Both the position numbers and the translations under genes were made by a program. The notes beneath the pieces are model-generated. The model searched no databases. It saw nothing but the letters and a program-made list of their open reading frames with translations, and was not told where the DNA came from. A stretch of DNA of 63,782 nt, the filler included, from Octopus bimaculoides (taxonomy: Eukaryota), in NCBI RefSeq assembly GCF_001194135.2. It is 9 parts of 7 records of this genome, joined end to end, with 100 filler letters (N's around TTAATTAATTAA, not from the genome) between each part and the next. Parts side by side here need not be neighbours in the genome. Positions count along the whole stretch, not along the records: positions 1 to 11,872 come from NC_068984.1; positions 11,973 to 21,249 come from NC_068987.1; positions 21,350 to 26,176 come from NC_068983.1; 6 more parts are not named here. One strand, written 5' to 3'. Position 1 is the stretch's first letter, and each line of letters begins with the position of its first letter. Shown here piece by piece: positions 11,181 through 25,883 of the stretch.

Positions 11181-11726
11181 CTATGTGATAGAACAAAAAA
11201 ACAAAAAAAACAAAGAGAAAGTTATACAAAAATGTAGAAGAATCTCTAGAAGTGAATTGCAATTTCGTTCTTTTATTTGTTTACATGTTTCAGTCATTTG
11301 ACTGCGGTCATGCTGGAGGAGTGTCTTAAAGGAGTGTTAGTCGAAGAAATCGACCTGAGGACTTGTTCTTTGTAAGTTTAGTACTTATTCTATCGGTCTC
11401 TTATGCGAAACTGCTAGGTTATGGGGGACATAAATGCACCTCCATCGGTTGTCAAGCGATGGTGGCGGGGACAAATAATGACACAAATACATACATACAT
11501 GCATACATATGTCTATATATACATATGTATATATACATAACATATACACATATATACATATATATATATATATACACGCATACACATATATATATACATA
11601 TATATATACACACATATATATATATATATACACATATATATACATATAGATATATATATATACATATATATATATACACACATATACAGATATATATATA
11701 TATGGATATATATATACATATATACA

Positions 11727-11777
<51 letters not shown>

Positions 11778-11872
11778 TTATGCTCCCAGTTCAGCATTCT
11801 GGCTTTTTTTCATTTTCCTATTATTTCTCCACGTGCGGTTAACACAGCCCCACTATTTACTGACTTATATAT

Positions 11873-11972
11873 NNNNNNNNNNNNNNNNNNNNNNNNNNNN
11901 NNNNNNNNNNNNNNNNTTAATTAATTAANNNNNNNNNNNNNNNNNNNNNNNNNNNNNNNNNNNNNNNNNNNN
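11873..11972. other. Artificial scaffold join (44 N + TTAATTAATTAA + 44 N)
   Basis: 12-mer at 11917-11928. The same construct recurs at 21294, 26221, 36791, 50269, 55215, 57293 and 59864. The 12-mer puts a stop codon in all six frames. Confidence 0.9.
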
Positions 11973-13989
11973 GAAAAACAAAAACAAAAAAAACAAAAAA
12001 AAACAAAAAACAAAAAAGAAACAAAGCCAACTAGTTCATGGAGGAGGAAGTCTATTACATCGATCCCAGTGCTCAACTGATACTTATTCCATATACACAG
12101 AAAAGGGAAGTTGACCATACTGGAATGTGAACCCTGTACGTAAAGACAGACAAAATGCCGGCTTGCTAACGATTCTACCAGCTCGTCGAAAAATCCATGG
12201 GCAATAATATTAACAAACATAAAACATTGAGATTTTCAGACGGAAAAAAAACTGTGAGCAGCGATTCGCATCAATGCGAAAGTTGCCTTGCAGTGAAACT
12301 AGATAATCTGGGATAACAATATAAAGCATATCAGAAAAGTGTGTTTGATGTTAGGATTTATGTGTGCATAGCTATAACTTAAAGATGGTAAATGGGGAGG
12401 AATGGTGAGCAATGTTACATAGTAGGGTCGAGGTTTGTTAATAGAGCGGTATCTCATGTACGTAATGTATATTCTTTATAACATAAAAATAATACTTATA
12501 AGGAATCTGAACAACAAATTTCAGTAGAGTGATCAAAATTGGTAAGTAGATTCTTGATGTTCAATAGCGTAAATTGCGAGAGATTCGGCTGTAATAACAA
12601 TATTAATTAGCTTCTCAATAGATCACTTACTTTCAATAAGATAGAAGTGAATGTTTCGCGAAAAATAGTGCTAATGAAAACATTTAATTTAGCAGCTGAA
12701 TCGTTACGCTCGACTGACACGCGTGAGCGGTTTAGCACGTTCTGTACAATCAGATTATTGTGGAAGGGAGGCGATCATATAACTATATTAATTACCTTAT
12801 CAAGTGATCACTCATGGCTTCCAATGTAGTAGGGAATGTTTACAGAAAAACAGTGCAGATGGGAATATTTGCTAAGAAGTTGAATTACTGAATTCGATTG
12901 AATTGTGAGCAGCTAAACATATGAACAATTGAAACGTTAAATTTAGTGTGCCTGATTTTCATGGTATATTGTGTTGTGAACAATATTTCTCTCATCCAGT
13001 TTAAACGAGAGAAACAATGAATCATACTTTTACCCCAAAGTTTAGTTTCAGATTTCTTTATTTTTCTATTTTTTTGTTTTGTGATATTCGATAGAGAATT
13101 ATAATGCTGTCAACTATTGTTTTTCTATCGATTTCTGTTGCATGTACTGTGTAAAGCTTTGATACCAGAAACAAACTAGCTATAAATTAATAGAGAAGCA
13201 CGCGGAATTAACTACGAAAACGACTGATCTTTACTGCAGGATAACTTACAGGTCCGGTGTTCCATGAACCTTAGAGATGATGTCATTTTTTTGTGTGAGG
13301 TGGTGTTCGTATTCCTTGTAAATGTTGACGTGTGGGGACGTTATTAATTTACTTATAATTTGTTGGCGAGTTGGTGGGGTGCATCGTTCTCCATTCTTTT
13401 TTGCACTCGCAGGTTTGTGGGGCATCTAAATGCCATTTCGATAAAAGTTGTTTATGAAGAGAGTTAGCTGCATGACTAAGCGCGTGTCTATTGTGAGTGG
13501 CAATATCTCTAATAAATGATGCTCCATGGTTAAGTGATTATAATCTAATGCGTTGTCAAAGATTATTTACAAACTGTTTTGTGCGTGTGTGTGTGTGTTT
13601 GTGACTGTATTTCTTTAGAATATGTTTGAATTTTTTGTGTATATATTTGAGGGTGTGTGTGGTCCTGTAGCTTTGGTATGCCTGTGTGTATGGCTGGGAT
13701 AGTGTTTGTTATTTTGTCAGAGCTCATAGAGCGCATTTTCCATCTGTCCATCTCTTCCTGCTATTCCTTGTTATACTGTGGGTGTAGAGTCTTCAGGCCC
13801 TTCCCCAATAGTATCCTATCAGAAACAGCTATCATTCCAAATGGTTTCTCAAGCGTAACCAACTGAGATTATGGATATTATCTAACCCTTTCGTTCATGC
13901 TATACCACTGAATCTCCTGGTTGGCTCGTCTTATAGAATTCGTCCCGCGATTCCTTCCTGCGACATTCTAATCACATAAAAGGTTGGCT

Positions 13990-14136
13990 CAAAAAGCCAA
14001 ACCCGCGTTCTTCAATTCGGTTTTCGTGTCTATCGTCACTTATGGTCTTGAAAGTTGGGTAATTACCGAAAGAGCATGATCGGAATACAAACGACCGAAA
14101 TGAGGTTCATTCGAAGAATTTTTGAAGTAACATTAT
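13990..14136 (+). mobile_element. RTE-clade LINE ORF2 remnant
   Basis: QKAKPAFFNSVFVSIVTYGLESWVITERA* then IQTTEMRFIRRIFEVTL, resembling the RTE 'LTYG.ESW..TE....IQA.EM.FLRRI' motif. Confidence 0.7.
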
Positions 14137-15145
14137 TCCATGGATTCATAGCTGAAGGATCATGGAATCGTACCAGGTTGAACTGTTACTTTTCGCAACA
14201 TATTTTTTTATAAATACAAGTACATGTCAGTTCGTGCAGAGAATACTGCGTTTGAAAATTCATGAGTGCTGTTAGCTGTGAAACTAATTCAGAGTAAATC
14301 TATTGTAGGCTGATATGTTTTTAATGAACGGTATTTCATGCCAGAGTAGTTTTGGTGTGGTGTGTTGTTGCAAATGTATTAAAAATTTCTTTTTTTAGTA
14401 TATAATGAACAGACAATATTATGTTTGCTTGCTATAGTGGAATTTTGTTGCGGGAAAAAAAAATTTAGTTTATTTGTTTGGAAGAATGTCTATGTGTCTG
14501 AGTGTTTAATTCCTAAAATCTCTCGGTTCTTGGTTCTTTATTCTTTAGGTTTGTTTAAGTGATAATATATATATATANNNNNNNNNNNNNNNNNNNNNNN
14601 NNNNNNNNNNNNNNNNNNNNNNNNNNNNNNNNNNNNNNNNNNNNNNNNNNNNNNNNNNNNNNNNNNNNNNNNNNNNNNNNNNNNNNNNNNNNNNNNNNNN
14701 NNNNNNNNNNNNNNNNNNNNNNNNNNNNNNNNNNNNNNNNNNNNNNNNNNNNNNNNNNNNNNNNNNNNNNNNNNNNNNNNNNNNNNNNNNNNNNNNNNNN
14801 NNNNNNNNNNNNNNNNNNNNNNNNNNNNNNNNNNNNNNNNNNNNNNNNNNNNNNNNNNNNNNNNNNNNNNNNNNNNNNNNNNNNNNNNNNNNNNNNNNNN
14901 NNNNNNNNNNNNNNNNNNNNNNNNNNNNNNNNNNNNNNNNNNNNNNNNNNNNNNNNNNNNNNNNNNNNNNNNNNNNNNNNNNNNNNNNNNNNNNNNNNNN
15001 NNNNNNNNNNNNNNNNNNNNNNNNNNNNNNNNNNNNNNNNNNNNNNNNNNNNNNNNNNNNNNNNNNNNNNNNNNNNNNNNNNNNNNNNNNNNNNNNNNNN
15101 NNNNNNNNNNNNNNNNNNNNNNNNNNNNNNNNNNNNNNNNNNNNN

Positions 15146-15176
<31 letters not shown>

Positions 15177-15747
15177 ATGTGCGTGCGTGCGTGCTTATAT
15201 ATATTTGCATGTATACATTTATAAATATATTCATATATATGCTTATATACGCACACATACGCACATAATCCAATTAAGAAGATTATGGAAGAATTTACTA
15301 CATCTTTAACGACCAGTTACCATTGCGTCAGTACCATATTGTTTCACCAGTACTTTTTGCAAAAGTTCCATGTGAAAACGTACGTAATATTTGCAGTTTT
15401 ATATGTTAGAGTAGCACTTAATCCGACTTCACTCCAAAGGCTTATATACTCTAATATAAACACAATGTAAGCGTGCTCCTTTTGGTGCAAGTCTTATGGA
15501 GTATCACTTTAATGTATAAAACCACAAATATCACATTACTTTACACATGGAACTTTTGTGTGGAACGGCTTTAAAATAATTGTAAATAGTAATTCAAGAT
15601 GTATTAAGCTTTAATTTTGTGTTCTTATTTGGAGTATATCCTACCCTTAGTTAAACCAGATTTTCTACCCCAGTAGAATTTCTATCTTCCTCGATACTCC
15701 AATTATAGAGTGTAGGTAGCTACTATGAGCTTTGGTTGACTGATGCA

Positions 15748-16250
15748 TCTATACTATAAAAGGCAAATTTTCTGTGTGTGTGTGTATGTTTAAAATTCAT
15801 ACATTTACACAATTCCAAATTTCTTCGATTAAACAATCGCAATTAATATTCTAGATACGATTTGTTAGGTCACTGCGTCATTGTTTCACTCCAAAAATGT
15901 TCTAATAATGAATAAAATCCATAGAACTACAGCAGTAAACATTTTCTCCCTAATAAAATCTAATTTCCTCTTTCTAATACAAACCATTTCAACTCCTACT
16001 TTCTCTTATGAACCTTTACGAAAAATCCAGCAACAAATACAAAAAGAAAGGAAGGAGAAAAAAAAAACTATTTCAGTATCAAATCACATTTCGATACTGT
16101 AATGACAGATACTAAAACTTTGCCCTTCTAAAATTAACTATTTCTATTCCTCTTACACATCGTTTCAATTGCTACTTTCTCTTATGAACGTTTACGAACG
16201 ATCCAAGAAAAAAGACAGAGAAACGAAGGAGAGTGAGAGTCAAATAAACA
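15748..16250 (+). mobile_element. Non-autonomous Helitron-like element, 5' part
   Basis: A|TCTATACTATAAAAGG...CTGTGTGTG is a typical Helitron 5' end. An internal diverged duplication has a period of about 176 bp. No 3' end is visible before the gap. Confidence 0.5.
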
Positions 16251-17710
16251 GACACACTACCAATTATACGTAAATACACACATATATATGTACCTATGGT
16301 TACCAATGACCTCATTCCAATTTGGCGGGAATNNNNNNNNNNNNNNNNNNNNNNNNNNNNNNNNNNNNNNNNNNNNNNNNNNNNNNNNNNNNNNNNNNNN
16401 NNNNNNNNNNNNNNNNNNNNNNNNNNNNNNNNNNNNNNNNNNNNNNNNNNNNNNNNNNNNNNNNNNNNNNNNNNNNNNNNNNNNNNNNNNNNNNNNNNNN
16501 NNNNNNNNNNNNNNNNNNNNNNNNNNNNNNNNNNNNNNNNNNNNNNNNNNNNNNNNNNNNNNNNNNNNNNNNNNNNNNNNNNNNNNNNNNNNNNNNNNNN
16601 NNNNNNNNNNNNNNNNNNNNNNNNNNNNNNNNNNNNNNNNNNNNNNNNNNNNNNNNNNNNNNNNNNNNNNNNNNNNNNNNNNNNNNNNNNNNNNNNNNNN
16701 NNNNNNNNNNNNNNNNNNNNNNNNNNNNNNNNNNNNNNNNNNNNNNNNNNNNNNNNNNNNNNNNNNNNNNNNNNNNNNNNNNNNNNNNNNNNNNNNNNNN
16801 NNNNNNNNNNNNNNNNNNNNNNNNNNNNNNNNNNNNNNNNNNNNNNNNNNNNNNNNNNNNNNNNNNNNNNNNNNNNNNNNNNNNNNNNNNNNNNNNNNNN
16901 NNNNNNNNNNNNNNNNNNNNNNNNNNNNNNNNNNNNNNNNNNNNNNNNNNNNNNNNNNNNNNNNNNNNNNNNNNNNNNNNNNNNNNNNNNNNNNNNNNNN
17001 NNNNNNNNNNNNNNNNNNNNNNNNNNNNNNNNNNNNNNNNNNNNNNNNNNNNNNNNNNNNNNNNNNNNNNNNNNNNNNNNNNNNNNNNNNNNNNNNNNNN
17101 NNNNNNNNNNNNACTACCGACCCTCCCATCTGTTATAACTTTTGTTGTTCTGTTTAATATGTATATGGATTATGCCTCCAAACAAGAGAGCTTGCTGGGG
17201 AAAGAAAGCAACCGGTTTAAAAAGATACCAACAGACTGCAGCAATTCACCACATTCCAGAAGCTGCTTTGAACATAATGTAAAACGGTGCATCATCATCT
17301 ACTGCCCAATCTGATAGAATTCTGGCAGAACTGTGTAGCAACAGATCGCCAGCAATTGCTTCATCAGAAATTGCCGTCCTACCTCCCGCTATGTATAATC
17401 ATGGCAGCGCAAAAAGTTGTTTGCACAAGCATTTGTATAGCCAATTAGACGGATGAAATTTACGTACACTTAATAATGTTACACAAAACAGCCTTCAGAC
17501 TTTCCCTATTAATTTCGTCTTTTGAATTATGAACATATTTACATCATAAGGGTTTTTTCATTGTAAGGCTTTCTTTTTTAGTTGATTTTCACCTAGCAAG
17601 ACTTATCGTAGATGGCGTAATAAGTCACACACGGACAACGTCGGGTTATACTGCTAGTCAGAAATACAACGATTTTCCACTCTTCCAGGACCATAATATA
17701 TATACAAATT

Positions 17711-17748
<38 letters not shown>

Positions 17749-17950
17749 TATATATGTACACGTGTGTATGTGCTTGTGTAACATTTTCAGGTATTCCTGC
17801 GTAATGCCTGTATAAATGTATGGCGGAGAATGGAGCTCAAAACGTTGCTTATGTGAATGGTATTTACAATGGTACGTGTGGGAGTGAGGTTTTAGCTGAT
17901 TCCTTTGAGAGAGTGTCAGTGATTGCGAAGTGCTATCAACGATTATCAAC

Positions 17951-17994
17951 GAAGATGCATTATCAACGATTTAAATCGTTGATAATGCATCTTC
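17951..17994. repeat. Perfect 44-bp palindrome with no spacer
   Basis: GAAGATGCATTATCAACGATTT|AAATCGTTGATAATGCATCTTC. Confidence 0.95.
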
Positions 17995-18318
17995 ATTGTT
18001 TGTGTTTTTTCTATAATAGTCTGTGATTAATACACTGAATTTAATTTGTGTTCGAGCCCTGGTTCTAAAATTTCGACATGGCACAAGAAATAAATAACAA
18101 ACCACATGGATTACTGTGGCCATAGCCGGACAATTTAGTTAACCAGACCGACTAGCAAAGAGATCTGAATGAGATATTAACATGAATTTAAATCCTGTTT
18201 TCCTTCATTACATACATACATACACACACAAACATACATACATACATACATACATACATACATACATACACACATACACACATACATACATACACACATA
18301 CACACACACATACATACA

Positions 18319-18349
<31 letters not shown>

Positions 18350-19585
18350 GCACACATATGAAGAGAGAGATAGGGAGAAAGAAAAAGTGGGGGGTTAGTG
18401 TATTTCTTTTAAAACTGGCTCAATCGAAATCGAATTTGAATACTTTCATATATTGTGCTCAATAAGAAAATCGAGTGTAGACTTTCATATCTTTTTTATT
18501 TAATGTTCATCCGAGGGTAAAAGAAATTGTAGTACAAAATGTTAGGTAAAACATATAGATACACTCATACAGACGCGTAAAGAGGCATAAACCTATACAC
18601 ACACATATATATTATGCATGCGCACACACATGTACATATGATTCAAAATAATGTATCTTTTAACTGTAGAAGTGTATTTCAAAGTTACCTTCCGTGAAAT
18701 AACTATGTGCTCGTCACTTGATTGTTTGGCCACAAGAGTTATTGATACGAAATGATTTGACTGATGACAGCATGTTATAATAACTCATGCAGAAAATGAT
18801 TTCTATTTTGATAGTGAAAACAAAATTGAAATAAATATCACTAGGGGCCCCAATTCATTCAGGCTGAAACTGATTGCTTTCTTATAGTCTTTTTTCCCCA
18901 TTTTTCATAAAAAACTGTCGTTTGATACGGTTCTTTCCTCTAAAGTTATTGTTTTCAACCCTTTTACATTAAAAAGATTTCTTCTTTAAAAGAATGTGGA
19001 TTTGGCTAGCAACCCACTCTTACACAATCGTACTACAAAAGCAAAATATTGTATATACGCCATAAAGCATATACAGAATAAATTGAGTTGATGTTAAGGA
19101 TCTTCTCTCTGAATGGCTTGGTTATTTTCACACTGTCTTTTACGTTTATCATAACTGAACGTCTTTGAAGGTGAGGCTCTCATTTTCCAAATTAACTAAC
19201 TAAAACCGCAAATACTCTTGAAATTCTATACATCATAATCTTTGACACTCTTGCAAGGGAGTCAATAGCAATCTCCCTCTCGCTCGAACCATGTAAATGC
19301 AATTGACATCAACAACATTTTTAACACTATTCTCAGTTACACATTTCTCATCACTATCTTAAAAGTAACACAAAGCATTAGCTAGGGAAGTGTCCATCAA
19401 GCTCCCGAACTTATGGAGTAAAAGAACAAATAATGTGTAGTAATTGATTAATTCAAATTGTTCTACACAAACTGTTTTGTGTAAATAATTTGAAATGCAA
19501 GTTACCAATGAGCATACAATTTTAGATTCACTATAAATGTTTATTTCTCTGTGATTAGAAAAAGCGAGATCGAACTGGTTAATTT

Positions 19586-21116
19586 CTAGTCTTCGGAGAC
19601 ATTCATAAAAAAAAACATCTTCTAAAATGCTCGGTTAGTATATATAAATATCATCAGTCATTGGAAAGCTAATACTTATCCTCGCAGAGATTAATATCTT
19701 TTAGGTATTTGTAGTGCATACAGATAGGTCTTGCATTTCAAATTGTAGTGAGTAAACTCTGTCGTGTAGAGCATTGTTTGTTAATGAATCCATTTTAGCA
19801 GTGCGTGCAGAATTGGGTAAACTCAACTGATTGGTTTAGATTGATTCTATTGTGTACAGACTATATACATTGCTAAATGCTATCAAGCAAGCAGCTGATA
19901 CTATTTGTGGGTTCTTTGCTGAAGGTTCCAGAAAAAAAACAACTTTTTCTCACACTAGGGAGATGAAATATGGTGTAACGACTTTGTTTAACAAGATAAA
20001 ACTTGCATGCTTATTTTGAAGGGTATACATTATATTTTATATTATCCCCACCAAAAATCCCACTGTCCAGTGTACTATAAATACGTTAAAATTTCATGTC
20101 AGCATGAAATGATTATGTAATTCATATTAACATAAACAGACCAGTTTAACTCAAGTCTTGTTTGTATGCATTATGAATAGTAACAAGCTATTCTCTGCGT
20201 TTTGCACAGCGTGCTAAAGATTCTGCCAGCTCACCACTCTAAAAGAAATAAATATTACAACCAGGAAACGTGCATCTCATGGATGGAATAAATCTACATT
20301 AAATAACAACAAAAATGTGTTTACAACTAAAACGTAAAGATGAAATATATAATTTGTGCCAAGAATTTTCATGAGCCGTTATGAAACAATATACGTAAAC
20401 TTTGTTAAATTTGAATTTAATGATAAATAATGAATTAAGGAAAAAGAGAGGCGAGAAAAAAAAACGATTTTAGAAGCTTTATAAGTGATGCAGCGTTCAC
20501 TGAACTGATTAAACAAATATAAAATATAGTAGATTATTATGTACCAGTACAGGCAGTGATATATTATAATCTTAAAGATACTTCGATAATGCTTGATGAT
20601 GAAGTATTAAGTATTTACGCATATAAAAAATACATACTTACATAAGACATGGCTTCTTATTGAGAAAAAACACACACACACCAGCATACAAATAAAGCGT
20701 ACATTTTCACACACACACACGCATATATATATATATATTATTTTAGCAAATAAAATAATTTGCTAGGTGAAATCGTCATCAACAGGTACACCTTAGATTA
20801 AAACTCAGATTAAACATATATATACACGAGGCAATCAATTATATACCCCATGCTTATACATTCTAATTTGGTCCAGGAAACTAGATGGTAAATGTTTTAT
20901 TTCCTTTTCATTCCTTTCGAAATTTTATCCTTAATAGTGGTTTGGAACTTTACAATTTGAAATGTAAGGCATATCTATATACAGTACAAGTACCTAAAAG
21001 ATATTAATCTCTGCGAGGATAAGTATTAGCTTTCCAATGTCTGATAATACTTACATATGCTAACCGAGCATTTTAGAAGTTTTTTCTTTTTTTCAATGAA
21101 TGTCTCCGAAGACTAG
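19586..21116. repeat. Inverted repeat pair of about 160 bp (19586-19746 and 20952-21116)
   Basis: For example CTAGTCTTCGGAGACATTCAT versus ATGAATGTCTCCGAAGACTAG, and CTTATCCTCGCAGAGATTAATATCTTTTAGGTA versus its exact complement. Confidence 0.85.
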
Positions 21117-21172
21117 CGTGAGGGAATCCTATGATGAATACGTCTTATGTGTTTAAATGTACACTGTATTTA

Positions 21173-21243
<71 letters not shown>

Positions 21244-23280
21244 ATATATNNNNNNNNNNNNNNNNNNNNNNNNNNNNNNNNNNNNNNNNNNNNTTAATTA
21301 ATTAANNNNNNNNNNNNNNNNNNNNNNNNNNNNNNNNNNNNNNNNNNNNACTGTATAAAGGTTAACGCGTGCGTTCTGTCGTGATACAAACAATATATGA
21401 GTATGTGCATATATATGTACATGTATGTATATACGTTCATCCACATGTACATATAGATACATAACTGGGTAGATGAGGTGGCAAAAGAACATGGACAAAA
21501 TGGTAAACAAGGTGCAACAAACAAGCAGGCCACATAGAAACATCTCCTTCATCAGCTGCCTCCATTACAACCCCGGCGTTTCGAAGAATTAGGGCACTAC
21601 GCATCGTTAAAATGGCTCTTCCCACGAACACAAATTAAATTATATATATATATCTACAAATACATCCATACATATACACCCACCCATATAAAAGTATAGA
21701 AGCAAAAACATACATACTTACGCACCCACCGACACACTCACATACACACACGCATATATAAGCCTATAGGTGTGTATATATATTTACACAGACATACTTA
21801 TGCAGACACGCAGAGCCCCACGAACGCATGTAATGAAAGGAAGATAGATAGAAGATCGACTTAAAGATGTGTGAAAGGGAAGAGAGAAACTAAACCATTT
21901 AACGACATTAAGATTTTGAAATTCAAAAAGATTTGCTAGTGGACAAGTGGGGAGGACACCTTTACTTTCATGTCCGCTTCACTTCACTTTCAACTTCGCT
22001 TTCCCATTGACAATGATTTTTCCTGCATATATTTAGGTATAAATATAATACTTGTTCCAAGTAAACTACACTGCATATTCTATACTATGATGAGGCTTTA
22101 AAGTATTATGCACAACTAGAATTTGGCGGCATATTATACCAGAAACGGTAGTAAGCAAATGAAGTCTATAAAATAATGTTTATAACTTTGTAATCTTATC
22201 GTTATATGTACATAGTATATATATATATATATATATATATNNNNNNNNNNNNNNNNNNNNNNNNNNNNNNNNNNNNNNNNNNNNNNNNNNNNNNNNNNNN
22301 NNNNNNNNNNNNNNNNNNNNNNNNNNNNNNNNNNNNNNNNNNNNNNNNNNNNNNNNNNNNNNNNNNNNNNNNNNNNNNNNNNNNNNNNNNNNNNNNNNNN
22401 NNNNNNNNNNNNNNNNNNNNNNNNNNNNNNNNNNNNNNNNNNNNNNNNNNNNNNNNNNNNNNNNNNNNNNNNNNNNNNNNNNNNNNNNNNNNNNNNNNNN
22501 NNNNNNNNNNNNNNNNNNNNNNNNNNNNNNNNNNNNNNNNNNNNNNNNNNNNNNNNNNNNNNNNNNNNNNNNNNNNNNNNNNNNNNNNNNNNNNNNNNNN
22601 NNNNNNNNNNNNNNNNNNNNNNNNNNNNNNNNNNNNNNNNNNNNNNNNNNNNNNNNNNNNNNNNNNNNNNNNNNNNNNNNNNNNNNNNNNNNNNNNNNNN
22701 NNNNNNNNNNNNNNNNNNNNNNNNNNNNNNNNNNNNNNNNNNNNNNNNNNNNNNNNNNNNNNNNNNNNNNNNNNNNNNNNNNNNNNNNNNNNNNNNNNNN
22801 NNNNNNNNNNNNNNNNNNNNNNNNNNNNNNNNNNNNNNNNNNNNNNNNNNNNNNNNNNNNNNNNNNNNNNNNNNNNNNNNNNNNNNNNNNNNNNNNNNNN
22901 NNNNNNNNNNNNNNNNNNNNNNNNNNNNNNNNNNNNNNNNNNNNNNNNNNNNNNNNNNNNNNNNNNNNNNNNNNNNNNNNNNNNNNNNNNNNNNNNNNNN
23001 NNNNNNNNNNNNNNNNNNNNNNNNNATACATAGTGTATATATATTATATATAGCATATATGCATGTGTGCATATGTCTATGTATATGGATGTATATACAT
23101 GCATATATATATATGATATATATATATATATATATATATCATATATATTATTACAAATTAAAAGGGTAAAGGATTATCAATTTATTAATTAATAAATCAA
23201 TTAACAATTAACAATTTTTACCAAGCCCATCGGTATGAAAGCACCAATGCATACTCACACATACGCACTACATACATACA

Positions 23281-23311
<31 letters not shown>

Positions 23312-23890
23312 GTATGGCCGAAGTCAATTGACTGAAACAAGTAAAGGAACAAAACGTAAGAAGTAAAAGAATATGCTTTAGTCAAAAATGCAGTAACAGA
23401 AATAAAAGCCACTGGCCAGTGGGATGTATTTGAATAACAGAGAAATGCAAGTACATCAAATTACATACGACATAAACTAAAATTATCTCCGCCTGTAGAG
23501 GATGTGACATAATTACCGAATGACAATGAAGACTATCTCCACTTGTAAAGCAAGCCATAAACACGTGTTAACGACTATCATTTTCTCTCCGGACAATAAG
23601 ACTGAAATTTTGTTTACTGTCATGTCTCTTTGGGAGAACATTTGATTCATATGATTATATTCCTTTCACCATTGAAGCTGGTCTTAAATGCCATTTGGTA
23701 ATTATGACATGTCCTCAATAATTTACGTGCCATGTTATTTCATATATCTGTATGTATCTAACAGTTCTCTCTCTCTCGTTCTCTTTCTCTCTCCCACACT
23801 CTCTCTGCTCTATCTCTCCCTCCGCACTCCCTCTCTCCATACATATATATATGAAATATAATATATAGTATAATGTATAGGATATATATG

Positions 23891-23937
<47 letters not shown>

Positions 23938-25524
23938 CACTGGTTTGGGGAAGAGCCGATCTTATTCTCCGCCAGTTATTGAATAGATCTTTGGGAAGAG
24001 AATATGAAATTGAAGAAAATTGAAGACAGTAGATCGCGCTCGTTGGTATAGATTCAGTCAATATATTTTTGCCGTGTCATTTTATGGAAACAATTGTCAT
24101 TTAGAGACTACAAAAATGCAATTAATATACGTATATTTTTCAGCTACATAACATAACAAGTTCTGGTGAAGGAGGCCTGTGAGAAAGTTACTTTATCGCT
24201 GTCCTCCATTGGTTTTGTAACACTAAATCCGAGGCCTGTCGTCAGCTAACCCCCAATTTGTGCAATGTTTTTTTCTAGTTGAATATTATGAAGATCTCTA
24301 TTATTTTACAATATCATCTTTCAATACTGAACCCTATCACATCTAACGTAAAGTCCACTCCAAGATTGAACTAAACTGTCAACAAGGTATCTATAGATTT
24401 ATGACCACGTATTCCATTTCTTTGGTCTGTCATTTGGGAAAATTTCAGGTAATTCTCTCATTCAAACTTTCTTCATTCTACACTTCTTCTCTTTCTTGGA
24501 CAGATCTCATTTGTTTAAATTATTACTACATGTTTGTATTACTAATCGAATCAAAGAATGTAGAGTAAGATATTTATGGCATCCCAAATTATAATGTACC
24601 CTAAGCAGTCACATGTTAATATTCCTGCTTTACACCGTATCTGCTAGGACTTCTGTATAAAAGTTGTCCATTGTGAGAGTGATATGTGGGGATTCTACTC
24701 TGTTTCTTTGGTGACCGGAGCATCTTTTATTCATTCGAATAATTTGAATAATCTGAAAAATGTAAGAATGTTGTGTGAACTATAGTAATGGAAATTCGGT
24801 TAATAATTAAGGAGCGGGGAGTTTCGTATTAAGATAATGTATGTGGGAAACAAATCAATGACAGTATGTAGTTTATAACGAGAATCATTGTGCCATAATC
24901 AAAATGTAAATGTGGAGACAGACAATAAGCAAATACACAATAATTTTATATATTTCAAATGATTCTATGATGAATATCAATACAGAAAGAGGGTAAGAAA
25001 GGAGAGATAATGGATTGCGATTTAGAAATAAGAAAAATAAAAGGTGAAACGAAACGAAGATGAGCAGAGGCAGAAGGCTTAACTTGAAATAGAATGACGA
25101 AGAAACATGAATAAATTTAAAGTGATAAATGGCAATACGAGGAAAATAAGAAAGTGATAAACGGGGAGAAGGCTATCATTAAAGGATTTGAAGTAATACG
25201 ATAAATGATAGTAATTGAGAAAAAAAACTTAAGAGATTCGGCAAGAGCCGTTTCATCTACTAACTCTGAACGTAGCTATTACTTCAAAAACGACAATTCT
25301 TATTTTCTCCATTTGTAGAAAGGAAATTTCTATGCTCCTTTAGCAATAACTGTCATCTAGAGTAAAGTACATTTATTTTCATGAAATTAAATTTGACATG
25401 TTTCAAAATTAACACAACATAAATTCACATTCCATATACTCATGTATGTATGTATGTATGTATGTGTATAGACAGAAATTATAGAATATAGTAGTGATAT
25501 ATGTAAATATATACATACACACAT

Positions 25525-25562
<38 letters not shown>

Positions 25563-25830
25563 ACACACACACACACACATACACATATGTAATGTAAATT
25601 TACAGGAAACAAAAGACGAACACAGGTGTAGGAACACCAAGCATGTGTTTAAGTATAACGCTGGGGAAGATTGCAAAAGTCTTTTATGTTGCGAGCCTAC
25701 GCTCATCGATAGAAAGAATTAAGAGGAGGAAAAAAGAAGAGAGAAAAAATGTGCATATTTCAAAGCTCCAACATAACTAGATGATCGGAAAGAAGAGGCT
25801 GAATGAAAGGGAGAGAATAATAAAAATAAA

Positions 25831-25883
<53 letters not shown>

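Noticed and set aside
17335-17375. CUGAUGA-containing motif on the minus strand (also at about 21545-21590 and 32130-32160)
   Set aside because: The GAAA half or stem I could not be placed in a consistent hammerhead fold, so these are too degenerate to call.
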